The notes below the pieces were generated by a model. It was not told the DNA's origin. It worked only from the letters and a program-made list of their open reading frames with translations, and searched no databases. Of a stretch of 64,000 nucleotides of DNA, positions 13,348 through 28,100 are shown in pieces. The DNA is from Phoronis australis (taxonomy: Eukaryota; Animalia; Phoronida): NCBI GenBank assembly GCA_002633005.1, contig NMRA01000328.1, forward strand, positions 190,674-254,673. Direction: 5' to 3'. Position 1 is the first letter of the stretch. Every line of letters starts with the position of its first letter. Position numbers and translations under genes: made by a program.

Positions 13348-15771
13348 AGATGATCATCATTTTAGACATTCCCACTTAATGGAGCAATGTTACTTTACTT
13401 AATAATAATAGTAAATTAGTAGTTCTTTAGACGTTACAAAACAAATAAACAACATCGCCAGTCATTTTTAAAGGATTACTTCGCTGCAAATAATCAAAAC
13501 TTAACCAAGAGTAGTTTTATGACATCTATGAAAAACAATTGCGGCTATATACTAAAATTTTTGTACTTGTCATCTTTATGAGAATTATTCGAATGTCCCA
13601 CCAGATCCTATTCATAACATAGAGCAAGAGTCCTGAAAAGATTACAAACTTAATTTTATGTTATATGACATAACAGGATGGATCTTTCTGTGTAAACACT
13701 ATTATGAGATGTGAGTTCTAAAACCAACAAATGGAGCTTGTACAGTCTGGCTTTTGAGTCACCCGTGGGATCTGTTTTCATTTGGGCGACTTCTAGGGAA
13801 AGGCAAAAGGACCTGTTTAGCTCTATGTTTTTGGACCAACAAACTTCTATGCAATATCTGGTGGTGAGCTGTAATTTTTGATTATATCAAAGCATTCAGG
13901 CACTCAAGGGATTACATAAAATTTACTCATGAACTTTTCATCACTTCCACTCCAAGGAATGTTCACCCAATCTGCTCATAGTAGAAATGAATTTGAGCAT
14001 CAACATAGTTACACAACATCCAAATACTCCTGATGCAAGAAGCAGGGGTACATTTCTTTGTTACTGGATGTTGTACTTTAGTGACAAATTTTACAGCCAC
14101 TTGCACTCTAGTCATGAGGACAGCTTTCCAGTATCAACCAACCACCCCAAATCAAAATTTGATACCTCAAATATAAAGTGCCACACAGATTTCAAATGCA
14201 ATACGTGTGAGGTTCAACTTGACAAGTTTGGCACATTTACTAGGAATATGACCAAAGAACATGTTACTAGACATTCTTTACTTCTTTCATTGCAAGATAC
14301 ACAAACAAACAGTGCGTTTCTGAAATCCACTGGGTTTGTCTCAGTACACTCAACACACAGTATGCAATACTTTTGTTAGGTTGAAGTATCTGTGACAAAG
14401 ACATAGCTACAATTCCAACTGAGCCTAAAACAACCGTAACTGGAAGGTGATGGCACTCAACTTCCATATTCAAGTCTGTAAATTTCCAAAACAGGTCTTA
14501 CCAGGTATATTCCCATGAAAGCCCAGTTGGATTAACATACTTGAAACCCATTTAGGATTTGCTTCATGTATTTCAAGGATTAACAATTTATTCTAAACCT
14601 TTCAACCTTAAATTGGTCACTTGATATCTGAGGGGTCACCACAGACAAACTCTTTTATTTCTGACAATGCTTAAACACCACAGCTTTATATAACACAATT
14701 CAAAGGAACATTGCATACTAATGGCAAGTGACTTAAAATATATTATCTAATAGACATTTCATTTTCTTAAAAGAAATCTTAAAAGGGGTTTAAATCTGCA
14801 AGAATCTAGCAAGCAAGCCTACGATGATACCATCAGCTAGAACTACAAAAAGGTGCGGTGTAGGAAATGATAAAAGGAAAATATAAATTGCAACCAAAAA
14901 ACCGATTCTGAAGATATGCTCTAAGAGGCAAGAACTCAAATGAACACAAAGCATAAAAGAAAATTCCAAGGGCTCTGAATAAAATTTATACCAGTAGAAA
15001 ATTGTAAAAAAGAATGTACCTCAAAATTCAATCTAAATTTTGAAAATATCTGAAGATCATCAAATGACATTTATAACTTTATGATATTTCAAATTAAAAA
15101 AGTAAGGAGCCCTTCAACTCCCCTGTTCAAAACCCAGTGGGTTCTTAAATAGAGTTATACCAAGTGTGGTTTAGGTGATGAGACTGCTTTCTCGGGACAT
15201 TCCAATTTCATACAATAACGAGGGTCGAATGTTTTGATTTAATGTCGCGATGGTCACAAAATACCAAGTTGAGAAATAAGGCAAGTTAACACATCTTGTT
15301 TTCTATGCGGGTTAAAAAATTCCAGTAGGAAAAGAACTCATCTTGGTTATTTTTGTCTTCATAATTGCCTTTTGAAAATTTCAAGTTAACAGTAACAAGA
15401 AAAAGTGATCAAATGAGCAATATCATTCTAAATACAGTACGAGCCAATCAGATAAAATACAGTTTTCCGTTATGACAGCTAGTCTGTTAATGCCAACAAT
15501 CGATGACTGGTAACAACTACTGTGGTGGCAAAATTCTAATTACAGAATGACCAAGCCACCTTACTGACTTTTCTGTTAATTTCCCTTCGTTCTTAGTCAT
15601 CAGGGGAGACTACTCTGATGAAGCATTCGGCTTCCACCCAGGTGTTATGACAGGGCATTCAGGTCATTTTGTCTAAAAACCCTTGGCTGTGCTATAACTA
15701 CCATACTCAGTGCAAGTGCTTCTGATCAAAGCACTGGCTTCTGCCAATATACACAAATACCCAGTAGTTAA

Positions 15772-18345
15772 AGGAGAATGCCACCCAAAAAACAACCTGT
15801 TTTGTATCAATTTAGATCGAGTAGTTCCACTCGATAACACCAAGCTCAGTTGTTTTACCCGACACCTAACGGCAGACAGAGGTGTTGAAATTAACCAATG
15901 ACGTAATCGGTTCGAACGCAGTCTGTTCAGCCGTTCCCAACACGCTTACTGGTGTCAACTTATCGCTTGAATTCATCGTTTTACACCAATAAATCATCAA
16001 AATTCGATGTAAACCCCTTACAAATACACAGTTCTTGAACAAACGTGTTGTTTTATTTCACTGTAAAAGGTATTTGAACGTACCGTAGTCTACAGAGTTC
16101 GGTAGGACAATTTACCATGGTCGGTCGCGGGAGTTTGGGTCTGTTAGGTGATAAATTCGAATCATTCTTCAGTGAAATATAGACGGGGGCACATAGCTAT
16201 GTGCTGTACTTTTCGACTTCCGATTTTTCAGTTCTAAACACACAAAGCGCTTGATACTCCTCGCCAGTGGCTTGGAACCCAAACATAAACCAGCTTAAGT
16301 TGGAAACTAAACCTCCAGTCACGAAAAGACTATAATAGTGAGCCAAAGAAATAAAATGCACGTAATTATTTAGGTGAATTAGCCACGAAACTGAAAATCT
16401 ACTTACTTGTCGGCTGGCAACATCAAGTTTTCCTTCCACACAACTGTCAGTGCAAAGGTTGTACAGTAACAATGATTTGAATAACGTATTTATTTTGTAT
16501 ATCTAAATAAAGATTCCCCTAACCTGTGACAATAGCATATAAGATTGAGTTATTGTTTCACAACAGCTTTCCGTCAGCAAACACAAAATTAGCATGCGCT
16601 CACACGGTCTCAGTGCCTAGTCGATTACCTTTCACCCATCTAAAGCCGGTACGCAATGGATTATTCATTGCTGCAGTGGCGGATCTAGGATATCACAAGG
16701 GGGGGCCCAACATTTTGTCCGGCTGTAAGCATTTGCGCACACTGACCCACGATTGTAGATGCGCATAGCACCGAATGGGGGGAGGTCGCCCAGGAAATTT
16801 TTCTGTTTTTNNNNNNNNNNNNNNNNNNNNNNNNNNNNNNNNNNNNNNNNNNNNNNNNNNNNNNNNNNNNNNNNNNNNNNNNNNNNNNNNNNNNNNNNNN
16901 NNNNNNNNNNNNNNNNNNNNNNNNNNNNNNNNNNNNNNNNNNNNNNNNNNNNNNNNNNNNNNNNNNNNNNNNNNNNNNNNNNNNNNNNNNNNNNNNNNNN
17001 NNNNNNNNNNNNNNNNNNNNNNNNNNNNNNNNNNNNNNNNNNNNNNNNNNNNNNNNNNNNNNNNNNNNNNNNNNNNNNNNNNNNNNNNNNNNNNNNNNNN
17101 NNNNNNNNNNNNNNNNNNNNNNNNNNNNNNNNNNNNNNNNNNNNNNNNNNNNNNNNNNNNNNNNNNNNNNNNNNNNNNNNNNNNNNNNNNNNNNNNNNNN
17201 NNNNNNNNNNNNNNNNNNNNNNNNNNNNNNNNNNNNNNNNNNNNNNNNNNNNNNNNNNNNNNNNNNNNNNNNNNNNNNNNNNNNNNNNNNNNNNNTGCCA
17301 CACAGATTTCAAATGCAATACGTGTGAGGTTCAACTTGACAAGTTTGGCACATTTACTAGGAATATGACCAAAGAACATGTTACTAGACATTCTTTACTT
17401 CTTTCATTGCAAGATACACAAACAAACAGTGCGTTTCTGAAATCCACTGGGTTTGTCTCAGTACACTCAACACACAGTATGCAATACTTTTGTTAGGTTG
17501 AAGTATCTGTGACAAAGACATAGCTACAATTCCAACTGAGCCTAAAACAACCGTAACTGGAAGGTGATGGCACTCAACTTCCATATTCAAGTCCCCCTGG
17601 GCCCCCCCTAAATCGGCCTATGTGCTGGCTTCTCAAAACATTTCTACTCACGAATACTCCAAAGGCATTACAAATTGAATCTAATGAGACAGACTTTGTT
17701 TCAGTTTTATAGCATTGGTTAGGGTGAAAATAATTCATTTTGAAACATAACGCAGAATAATAAACGTCTACGTGGCAACTCGCCCGGTGCCAATCCCGAC
17801 TTAGTCGAGAGCTCATCCGACGAAGACTTAATTCACGGATCGGATCGTTAGGTTTCACAGGCTATCAGTTCGAACCAGAATACACTGGTCAAGAAATACT
17901 AGAGAGGCGCGGTGAACATGCACAGGCAACGGAACGTATGGATAGTTCTTTGGTAAGTTGGAATTCGTCAGAGAAATCATTGTGGACGAAATGCCGGCCA
18001 CAGACACGGAGATGTTTCACAGCCTCATACTTGCTATTAACAGCATACTTTTCATTCTTCACTACTGTGAGTCACTTCCTAAGCATTTCGGGCTCTCAAG
18101 GAAGTTGAAAAAACGATATACCCGTTTTCTTCGCAGCTTCATAGTTCGGACAAGTGGGAATGATGCACCGCAATATAGCACCATTCACTTTGCAGATGAA
18201 CCACTGACGTCGCTGCGTCGTTTCTTATCTTCCTCACAGGTTAACGTGACACCTCTCGGCAAGGTGAGGTCGACCGTATAAGAGGTGATGATATAGACCG
18301 ATTAAGACGGTAAAAAAGGCTAATTAAATTGTGTGGCATTCTCCT
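15772..18345. mobile_element. Kolobok-like DNA transposon (non-autonomous or decayed), spanning the assembly gap
   Basis: TTAA TSD at 15768-15771 and 18346-18349. Perfect 13-bp TIR AGGAGAATGCCAC/GTGGCATTCTCCT with AG termini. Internal ESSSDED...GYQFEPEY relic at ~17800-17950. Confidence 0.75.
16811..17295. other. Assembly gap (485 N)
   Basis: Run of N. ORFs spanning it are artefacts. Confidence 1.
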
Positions 18346-19485
18346 TTAATATACTTTTGACATGCAATGGGTGAGCTGGCCTTTACAGTCATACTCAACT
18401 GGGAATCTGAACAAATAAAAGCAAAATGAGCAATGTATTCTTTAGGTTATGAACAGAAAATTTCAGGTCATGACTTACTTAGGGTTCTACAGATTTTTTG
18501 CCTTGTACTTGAGAAATGCTAATGTACTTTAATGACATTGGTCCACAGTTACATGACATTTGAGACATGTAAATTAACAGCAGGAAAGGCAAAGGTTATC
18601 AACTTTTACCTAGACACACAAATTCTTAGAAACTGCTATCAACTACAGGTATCAAAACTAGGGTAAAGGCCATACTACTGGAATGATATGCTATTAGAAT
18701 TGCCATATATTTCTTATCTGCGTGGTGTAGTCACCCTGCTTGAAGTGTTCATCAATGACATGGGATCACTCACTGAGTGTGAAAAATACAGGCTAGCAGA
18801 TAACAAAATAAAAACTGCCATTAGTAGACATTCTTCAGCTATAATAGGACCAAAGCAGAGCACTGATACGCACCCATGTGTGTAGCTGCAAACAGTAGAT
18901 ATTACACAAGCAATGTAGAGCATTGTTACGCACCCACTACAGGGCGCAGTGCAAGTCAATTCGAAAACTGGCAAATGCAATCCACAAAAAGGAAGATTAC
19001 CATCAAGTGGCATTGCAAGACTTTGATCCATTCAATCATCCACGTCACTGAATCATGCTTTCGGCCTCTGTCAAGAGTTTAAGCAGACAGAGAGATGGAT
19101 AAACAAAAGTAAAAATAAACCAAAAATTGACACTAGACTGCACGAGTAGAAGGTGGCAATGTCAGAAATTGGGCAAGTGTTGTCCTCTCTGGATAATAAA
19201 TGTCAGCCATGTATTAGGAACACCGTCTTAAAACTTCAGGACGATCCTTCCTTTTTTATAAAAACCTATCTACCAGGTTTCAATGGAGTCAGTAGACATA
19301 AAAGCAAATGAAAAAATGCCACTTAGGCAGCACAAATGACCACATGTCCAAAAACAATCCTCATCCACTACCAGATTTATAGACCTGCCAAAGTTAACAA
19401 AGATCCTAGTGAGTTTTAAAGATACAGCTGTGTACACCAGATTCATATTGTGAGGAACGCCAGACTCAGACGCCATGATAGATGA

Positions 19486-19706
19486 CCTGTTTAGCGTACT
19501 ATAAAACAAAAATTAAATTGGGCCTTTCATTCTCAGAAAATTGGTCTCGTAATAATATTCCTTACTGTGATAGGATGCTATTTCCGTAACCAACTCAGTC
19601 TTGTTGGTAATGTAGAGACAATCCTAACACGATAAGGAATATTATAATACTGATTTCACGAGAGTAAAGGCCTAATTTGATTTCCGTTTTTGGTCAGCTA
19701 AACAGG
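19486..19706. mobile_element. Palindromic MITE (related copy at ~7890-8180)
   Basis: CCTGTTTAGC...GGCCTTT...AATATTCCTTA / TAAGGAATATT...AAAGGCC...GCTAAACAGG inverted arms. Confidence 0.7.
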
Positions 19707-21716
19707 ATAAACTACAGCTCTAAAAATAAAGACTACTACCAAAATTAGCTTGGTCTCCTAATGCCTCCACATTGCCATCATCCATACACAGTATAAGAAT
19801 CATGCGGGTGCCGTGCACACTGTTTTATGCAGTATGGGCACCATCTAATGAAAGTTTTCCTTAAAATGTTGTGCAAAGACTAGCAGGCATGTGGATTTTT
19901 TAGTTAATTTGATTCATTAAATTATTTTACAGAGATTAAAACATTTAAACGTCCGAAATGACGACCATGTGGAGTTACACCCTTTGGAGCAATGGCAATC
20001 TGGGGTAATGACAGTTTGGAGTTTAACGGTCCCTCAAATTTACAACCCTTTGGAGCAATTGGATCCTTTGGTGTAAAGGCCTAATCATGATATACACAAA
20101 TTTAAAGACCTTCAGATCGTACACATTTCGAACCAAAGACTACAGAGTAACATCCTTCGAAGAAGAGACTTAAACCCTAAAAATTTCACTAGTTTAAAAC
20201 CCCCGACAACAGTTTATTCTAAACCTTTGAACTTGGCCACATAAGCAGCACATCCAGGTTTTATCAGGGTTGAAAGGTTGAGCACAGGCAATCAAACTGG
20301 ATATCTTAATGCAGTCCATAGTGTGAAGGGGGTTGGTATTTCATTTGGAAAAGTAATGAATGATATGCAATAAGATGTTATCACACACTTGAGTGTAATT
20401 AGCTGAAATCAGGCACAAACAAACAAGGTGTGGAATTTGATAGCCAGGCATCTTCATTCACAAAGGCTTTGTAATAAAGATTATATTGGTAAAATAAGTA
20501 TGCATGTTTAATCAACCAAAAAAGAATAGTAATGGCTGAATCCCCTGAAACAGAAGATCTCTCCATCAAGTTTTACAGCTTTGCCTATGACTAAAGTCTT
20601 GCCAATTTACCACACAATGGAAGACAACTACAATCAGTTAACGCCTTTTTAATTTCTCATCAAGTTTTTTAAAATGAAGAGAAAATAACACATTCCCGAA
20701 TCAGGCTGCCATGACGGATAACTGTTCAGGATAAAATAAGATCACCATAACTCACCAAAGGGGAAGGAAGTAGCTTACTAATGAAAACTAATAGGTACGT
20801 AGTCCTATAACTTCTTTGTGTCATTAAACACAAGCTACAAAAAGGATATAGAACTTGATACAAGGTCATGCATTCGCTTTAAGTTATTTAATGATAAATT
20901 CCTTCCTGCATGATAACATGCACCATGGACTTCACATTAAAAGCAACAGCAGTGAAAAAGTCAAATTCAAAGTAGTAGCTGTAAACCCACATTCCGTTGA
21001 AGAAACTAAATTTTCCAAGACCTGGAATCACAGTTAACTATGTAGCCAATGCTCTAAACAGAGTTCAAGGTCGACCGAGGGCTTTTCATGCGTGATGTCA
21101 TCAGTGGAAAATGTTGATCAGTTGACAGTATAAAATTATATGCAATGGCGGATAGTAGTGCCTTTATAAGTTACAAAGACTTAGAGGGCCACCACAACGA
21201 GTAATGTGAAGACAGGTAGGGGGTGCAAGACGACACTCAGGCCATGGTTAAAACAGTTGGACCGCGCCTCATCGGCAAACTTTGAGGCTCATCTGGCACT
21301 GGCACCTTTGATGAGTGAAGCCGAGTCGGAGCCTACTCTGTCTGCAGACAGTGCGGTCTGGGTGATAATTAAAGCCTTTTTTATATACATAAGTGTTGAG
21401 CAATATGTATCTCGAAACTGTAAATCTAACCGAAGTTTTAACCCTGACTGTCAAAGCCCAGTCATGAATAGCGTACACCGATTTCATTTCTTTAAATGTC
21501 CAGTGCAATTGCTAGGAATGATCAAGACAGACCTAGTACAGGTGAAAATTTAAGTGAAAACCCAATCAAATTGATGAACTGAAGCGCAAGTTTTAAATAC
21601 CACCATTCTCTGCGAACACAAATGGAGATTCATCAGCCTGGGCTGCCAACAGTCAGTGAGGCACATATAGTTTTATGACATAATGAAGTGTGATAAAGGA
21701 TTACATAGGTGACCAA

Positions 21717-22170
21717 AGCCACATTTACATGCTGCAGCTGACATGGAACAGCTGTCTGGGTGCAAGTGTGTGTATAAATACGACTGACACGGAGCAAGTG
21801 ATACCGAGGCGGTCACTTTTTGACACCGGTTTGATAGGTAGAGTGAGTTGCACTCGATCAGTTGCTCCAGTTTCAATTACATGTCTAAATACAACTGGGA
21901 CAGGGCGAAAAAGGATCATCTTTCAATGCGCTTGCGCAATAGCATATATTCGGGTGATCAGCTGGCATTCCACGTGGTTTGGACATTCGCTAGTGTTAAT
22001 GCGAGCATGCGCAGACAGTCTTCATGTAAGTGACACATTCTGATCTAGTTTGCAATCTAATGTCGTGACATTTGACAGACATGGTGACAACTGACGGACA
22101 TGGTGACAATTGACGGACATGGTGACAAATGACAGACATGGTGACAACTGACTCTGGTGTAAAAGCGGCT
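21717..22170. mobile_element. PIF/Harbinger-like MITE with an internal 19-bp tandem array (22071-22152)
   Basis: 3-bp TSD CAA (21714-21716 and 22171-22173). Imperfect TIR AGCCACATTTACA / TGTAAAAGCGGCT. About 4 copies of TGACRGACATGGTGACAAY. Confidence 0.55.
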
Positions 22171-25100
22171 CAAGCAGCTTTAAAGCAGCAGGACTGAATT
22201 TAATGGACTATTTGTGTTTGCATTAAAAAACTCCAACCCTGGGAGGATCACCATCTGATGGTCAATTTTTACCTGGAGTGGGTTCCTTATGCATATCTAA
22301 TTATAGAAATGCTAACTGGATTTTATTTTTGGTAAATGATACTAGTTTCTACCTGGTCTGTTCCAAAATTATGAAAGCTTTGGACCATTGTGATTCTTCA
22401 AGTATTTTGGTTCAGTATCCGAATCCAGCCCTCTGTGCTGGCTGCGGTCGTCACCTCAACTATTTGCATGGTGTCTACATCCCATTTTCTACTATTGGAC
22501 ATTGACGTATGTGTGGATAGCATGCATTCCCACAAGAATACACTGATGGAAACTAACTGCAATTACATTCATTATTTCAGTCACACAAGTTGAGTTACTA
22601 AAACCAAATGGATTGAGCTGCTACCTATCATCAACAAGCAAAAGAGAACTGAAACCTAACGAATCTGTCTTGGCTCATTGTTATCATACTGATATTTGCA
22701 CCAGAATTCAGGTTTATCATTACTAAAGTTACTTAGTTTCATTATAGTCCACGAGGTGGTGTTGTGGCCACTGGGTACCCATATTGTGTTTTTACTTAAA
22801 CCCCAACAAAAAAGTCTAGTCAGTTCTCTTCGAATATTGTGTCTTCTCCTCATTAGCATTGGGTAAAAATTTTCCCTAAACCATTCTTAGGGGAACTTAA
22901 TTTCTGAAGCCAGACAATTTAATAATCGGTTATAAACAACCACATATCAATTTATCAATTTATTTTTAGTCAGAGTTTTATTACAAGGATATCATTGCTA
23001 ATGCGAAAGTTCCCATATCCCAAAACCATCTCTCTTCATTTGTGGAGGTAGAAAAACTCTAGTATGATTAACCTAGTTTTAGGAATGTAGGGCTGCCAAA
23101 ACACATCTGAGCCAAGTTAGACAAGAATGTTTAATCATGCATTACTGAGGTTTTTAATTTTTTGGTCTGCATCTCATTATACAAATAGCAAAATTTACTC
23201 GTATCAAGAATACAACAAATAGAAAACTAATTTTAATGTCAAGAAGTGAATACTATGTCAGTAATGTACAGCTATGCCAAGTGCCACACTGATCTGTGGG
23301 TAAATACCGAAGAACAAGAGAGGGCAGTGTAGTATGGGAAGTGGCTTGCTCTGATCCACTTCACTACTTAGATCAGTGTTCCTGAAAAACAGGCTTCCTG
23401 ATCACATCTGATCTTTTACAAATCTCTTGATAAAATACCAAGGTGCAGTGAATGGGCTGGGTTTCTGATGACAAGTGTTATAAGAAACAGCTACTATTCA
23501 CTAGCAAGTTTGAAAATGCACTGATGAGCAAGGAATAGGGGAGAAAAGTGACAATACGTAAAGGTGCAATAAGCAGCACCTTCTGTCATAAACCAACAAT
23601 TGATTCAGACTAAGGTCCCACCTTCTTCCTTGCTCAGTTGATAAGTGATTTTAAACTGACACTTGGTTATTGTTTTAGACCATGTTTATTACAGAGAATG
23701 TGATGTCAATGCTTTGGAAGTGCAAATATGCCTGTGAAAAAGTTCATTTTTGACACCAAAACCATGATTTATGCTGTGAGCACTACAGACAATGTCTGAC
23801 CAAACACAAGCAATTTTCATCATACATGGAAGTGTTACTCTCTGAAATTGAATGGTGGATGGCTTTCATTTTTGGGGTTTATTTTTCAGTCTCTGTAACA
23901 ATAGTCGCTTAAAGGAGTCCCCGATTTTGGGAACCAGTTCGGTGCACGTTATTCAGAGGAGAAAACTGGTTCTCAAAATGCAAATCTTCTGTGATTTAAC
24001 GTCTCTGCCAATGAAATTGATTATATGGCTCCATCTATTGCAAAACAAATACACACAACCAGAGCAGTATTTTTGTTAAGATAGCATAAGATAAAAATAA
24101 AATAGGATCTTTGAACGAATTATTAATCATGTGCTCAGCAACACAAATAGAAAAAGCAATTCTTGAAGGAAAAACAAGTTGGGAAACTATTTTAAGAACA
24201 CTCCCTGATTAATGCTTTCAATAGACATACCACAAAACACTCCACTAATAAAAGCATTAGGGATGCATAAAACGGCATAGTAAGAGCTCGCCATGTAGGT
24301 GACATTCACAGTTCCAAATTGGTTTTATATTTGCCAACCTCGTTTTTTCCAATTAAAATATTTTTGAAACCACAAACCAATCCCGTGACTGGAGCTACAG
24401 GTTTCAGTTTCTATGCTGTAAACACATACCAACATGCTTCAATAATCATTAGGTTAAAGATCAGACAAAACTAAGACCAATCCCACGGCAGGTTCCCACA
24501 CCTACAGCAAATATGCAAATGACCTTATAAATAATCAGCCTGAACATTGCACAGATAACCTATTTAACTCTGGCATAAGCTACGTGATCACTACTGAATT
24601 AAAGGCAAGATTTCAACCCAGGTGCACAGTATTTTTGGGGCAACATGCATTATGACATCAAATTTGACATCTTAAGAATTGTGATTGAATATCCAAGAGA
24701 AAATAAGACTAACGTCACATCTCCAAGCACCTAAGCCAATCGACTTACAGCATATTTTAGAAAACTACACTGGCGTTAAAAGTGAAGGTATCTTTCTCTT
24801 ACACACATTTGCAATATCCATAAGGGTCAACGTCTATGTTTCACCAAACGCCCAATCTCAAATTTTTTGAAATTTTACTTTTCAGAAATTGCTCAACAGC
24901 ATTCAGTTTAATGGCACCCCTTGATTTGTAATTTCTCGACACTAGAAACGCCCATGGCAATGAGTAAAACATGGTATTTTTATGATAACACTCCACCCAG
25001 AGTCATTGTTTTTGTTTATTTTTTGGGAGTATAACCATTCGATTTGATTTTTACTATGCAAGTTGGTATTTCTAATTACACAACATGAAAACATGATTAA

Positions 25101-28100
25101 TTCAAACACAAATATTCACCGCTGTGAATTTGATTTATCCATTTGAAGCTTGCAATTTTGGCTTGACCTAATTAGTTTCCTTATAATTACCATTGTACTT
25201 TTCAATTAATTACCTAATCTTCAATCAAATCATGTTAGCATCTTGTGTAAGAGATAAGTCACCCTCCACTGACACCATCCTTAATGTTGCTCAAATGTTT
25301 TGCACAAAAGTTACATGTACCTAAATTTGGATATATTAGGTGAAGCTTCCTATAAATTCAATATCATGCACATATGAAGAATGCAAAAGCAAAAACATTA
25401 ACAATTTTTTGTAAGGGACTGCAAAAACACACAATTCTTAGAAAATCAAGAGGTGAATGGAGCGCAGAAGGACTTTTTAAAATATTTGCTACTATGCCCT
25501 ATATTTTGTGAGGCTATTTTACAAGCAATTTTAAGCAGAAATCTATCAATAAACAAATAAAGATAAATTCTGAAGTTACTTTTGAGGGTTCTTGACATTT
25601 AAAAAGGGACAAAAAGCATGACAAACAATGTTAAGGAATGTCAAAAACTTCACCTACAGACTACCAAGGAATTCAAATGTGTACAAGTCCTCTATGAATT
25701 TACAATACAAAAAAAATCAAATTGAAGAATTTTTTACCCTTCGGCACTTTTTAAATTATTAAAGCAACATGTATCAAATGCCACTGATTTTTTTAAGCAA
25801 ATTCTACCAGACCTGGCTCACAACCATATGTTAGTGAACATCTATTACAATACAGACTGCCCAATAGTTTATTCGTGTGCAAAATTCCTAAAGTATGGCC
25901 TTATGACATCACAAGTGGTCTGTTGTGATAGGAAAGACTTTCTATAAGCCAAATGGTCCCGTAATTGACCTACTGCAAGTTCCGCCCCCTTACGAAACAT
26001 CGACAATCAAACAATAAGTTTTGTCAGGCAACGTGTTGTTTATGGGGTAAAATGGTGGCTTGAAAACGAAGGTGTGTCAAGAATGTTGCGTTCTGATTGG
26101 TCAGTTAAGCAGTCATTCAAAATCCTGGCGATAGATCAATTTTTCACCTATTAAGCACACAACATGGCCGCCAAGTGAAAATCTACTTTGTCAAATTTCT
26201 TCACAAAAGTGAAGATTAATAAGAAAATGCCAGTCTATTACTAGCTTGGTTGAACTATATAGATGTCATAAAACAACTTTTGGTAAGGTTTTCGTTGTCA
26301 ACAGCAATGCAATCGGCCTTAAAAGTTGGGAAAACAAGTTTTGGCAATTAATTCTTGGGAAATAAGTGAAGAATCACCGTAGTAGCTTTGCTATAAAACT
26401 TGCAGGTTTCCTTGGAACATGTTCCTTTAATGAAGCAAATACTATTTTAGACATGGTGTCTCGCAACTCGCAAAAAAAATTATGAAATTCCTCAGATCAA
26501 ATATTACGCTCCCAAGTTTGCACCAATAGTTTTTATGTTTCAACAAAAGAAGCCCAAATGCATGCCAATAACTCACGTATATTTCAAAGTAAATATCGTG
26601 TTACCTTCCAGGAAATCAAGCCATTATCACTTTTTATACCTAACAACTGTATATACAGTTCAAGTTTTAATCTGGGCCATAACATATCATGACATCCAAA
26701 ATTCAAATGTTGAGTCAGCATTTCTTGTTCTACCCACCTGAGTTCCAGACTCCTGTATCAAACAAATATTTTTAGACTACGGTATTCATTCTAACCATCT
26801 CATTGGCCAAACTTGAGACCAGTAACTTTAAAAAGACCTGGAATGCAATAAACAGACTAATTGAAAGTGATTCTCTGCTACTGAAACAGAATTCAACATG
26901 CTCACCATGTATTTTTAGGGTTTGTCCGTGTAAAGATTAATTTCTGTTGATATCAAACCATTTTCTTTTACTTTCAAATTTCAAAAAAAACATCTGTCAA
27001 CAGCTCGCCACTTCATCAATTTTTCTCTCCCATAGCAAAGCATGTCTCCTTATTTGGTATGGCAAGACATAGACATAGCACATTTTCCATACATTGACCT
27101 CAAGCGACTTCAAGCAACTGACATTGAGAGCATTTATCATAAGTGAGAGGGAAATTAGAAACTCTGTGGTAACCACAGTTTTTCCTTCGCGTGTATTTCA
27201 AAAATCATGAATTTTGTGATTTTTTTCTGAAAATTTCCTCACGGGAAAGTGAATAACTCTGTACTAGATGTTGCGAGATGGTACTTTCATCAGGAATTGT
27301 TTAAAAGATAATTTTGACGAGCTTTCGTGTTCCATGCCTCTATATAAGTCTTCTTTACATTAACTGTGCGGATTTCCTTGTACATATCATATGGAAGGGA
27401 TTTCACAAGAAATGATTTGCAAATGAACCTGGGTCGAGTTTCATTAATCGTCAAATCCTATCTAACCCAACTGGTGGCTGTGTGACTGACTTCAACTTGT
27501 ACTATACTCAGGCAAGAGGAGATTTCAACACTTTAGAAAAAGTTTCAAATGGCGGCATTAGAACTCTATCAAAAAAGAGACCCTCCTATTCAGCACATCA
27601 ATAAGTATACCTCAGATCGAAAGAAACACTCCAGGATAGCATCTAAAATGTCTTTATTGTTATGACTGATTGTATGACACACTTGTTAATCAAATACCTT
27701 CACACAGGTGAGAACTGGAAAATCACCTGCTTGGCTAGACAGTAGCATTTAGAAGGCTCTCTTAAATGAGACTCTTTTAAACATGGCTCTCTTAAATGAT
27801 GTTAGGGAGATAAGAAGAGGGTCAACAGCGCAACCTGGAGACTAATAAGAAGGTTAAAACATCATCAGTGATGGAGTAAAAGAGACATGCTCGATTTTGT
27901 TAACTTTTGAAGTATTTGCTATGACAGATTTTATAGAAATGCTGGCACACTAACGTCTAGTTATTGATGATTGATTGGTTGATTGATTGGCTTTCAGTGA
28001 ACATAAGCAACATCGTAAAATTGAGATCAAAGTCTTTAAAACTGCCAGGAACATAAAAGGATACTGATGCTGATGTCAGCAAATTGAAGCCATAACATGT

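Noticed and set aside
15590-15640. CTGATGA on both strands (hammerhead-like)
   Set aside because: No correctly placed GAAA or stems I/III.
16665-17496. Long ORFs in the ORF track
   Set aside because: They are artefacts of the N gap.
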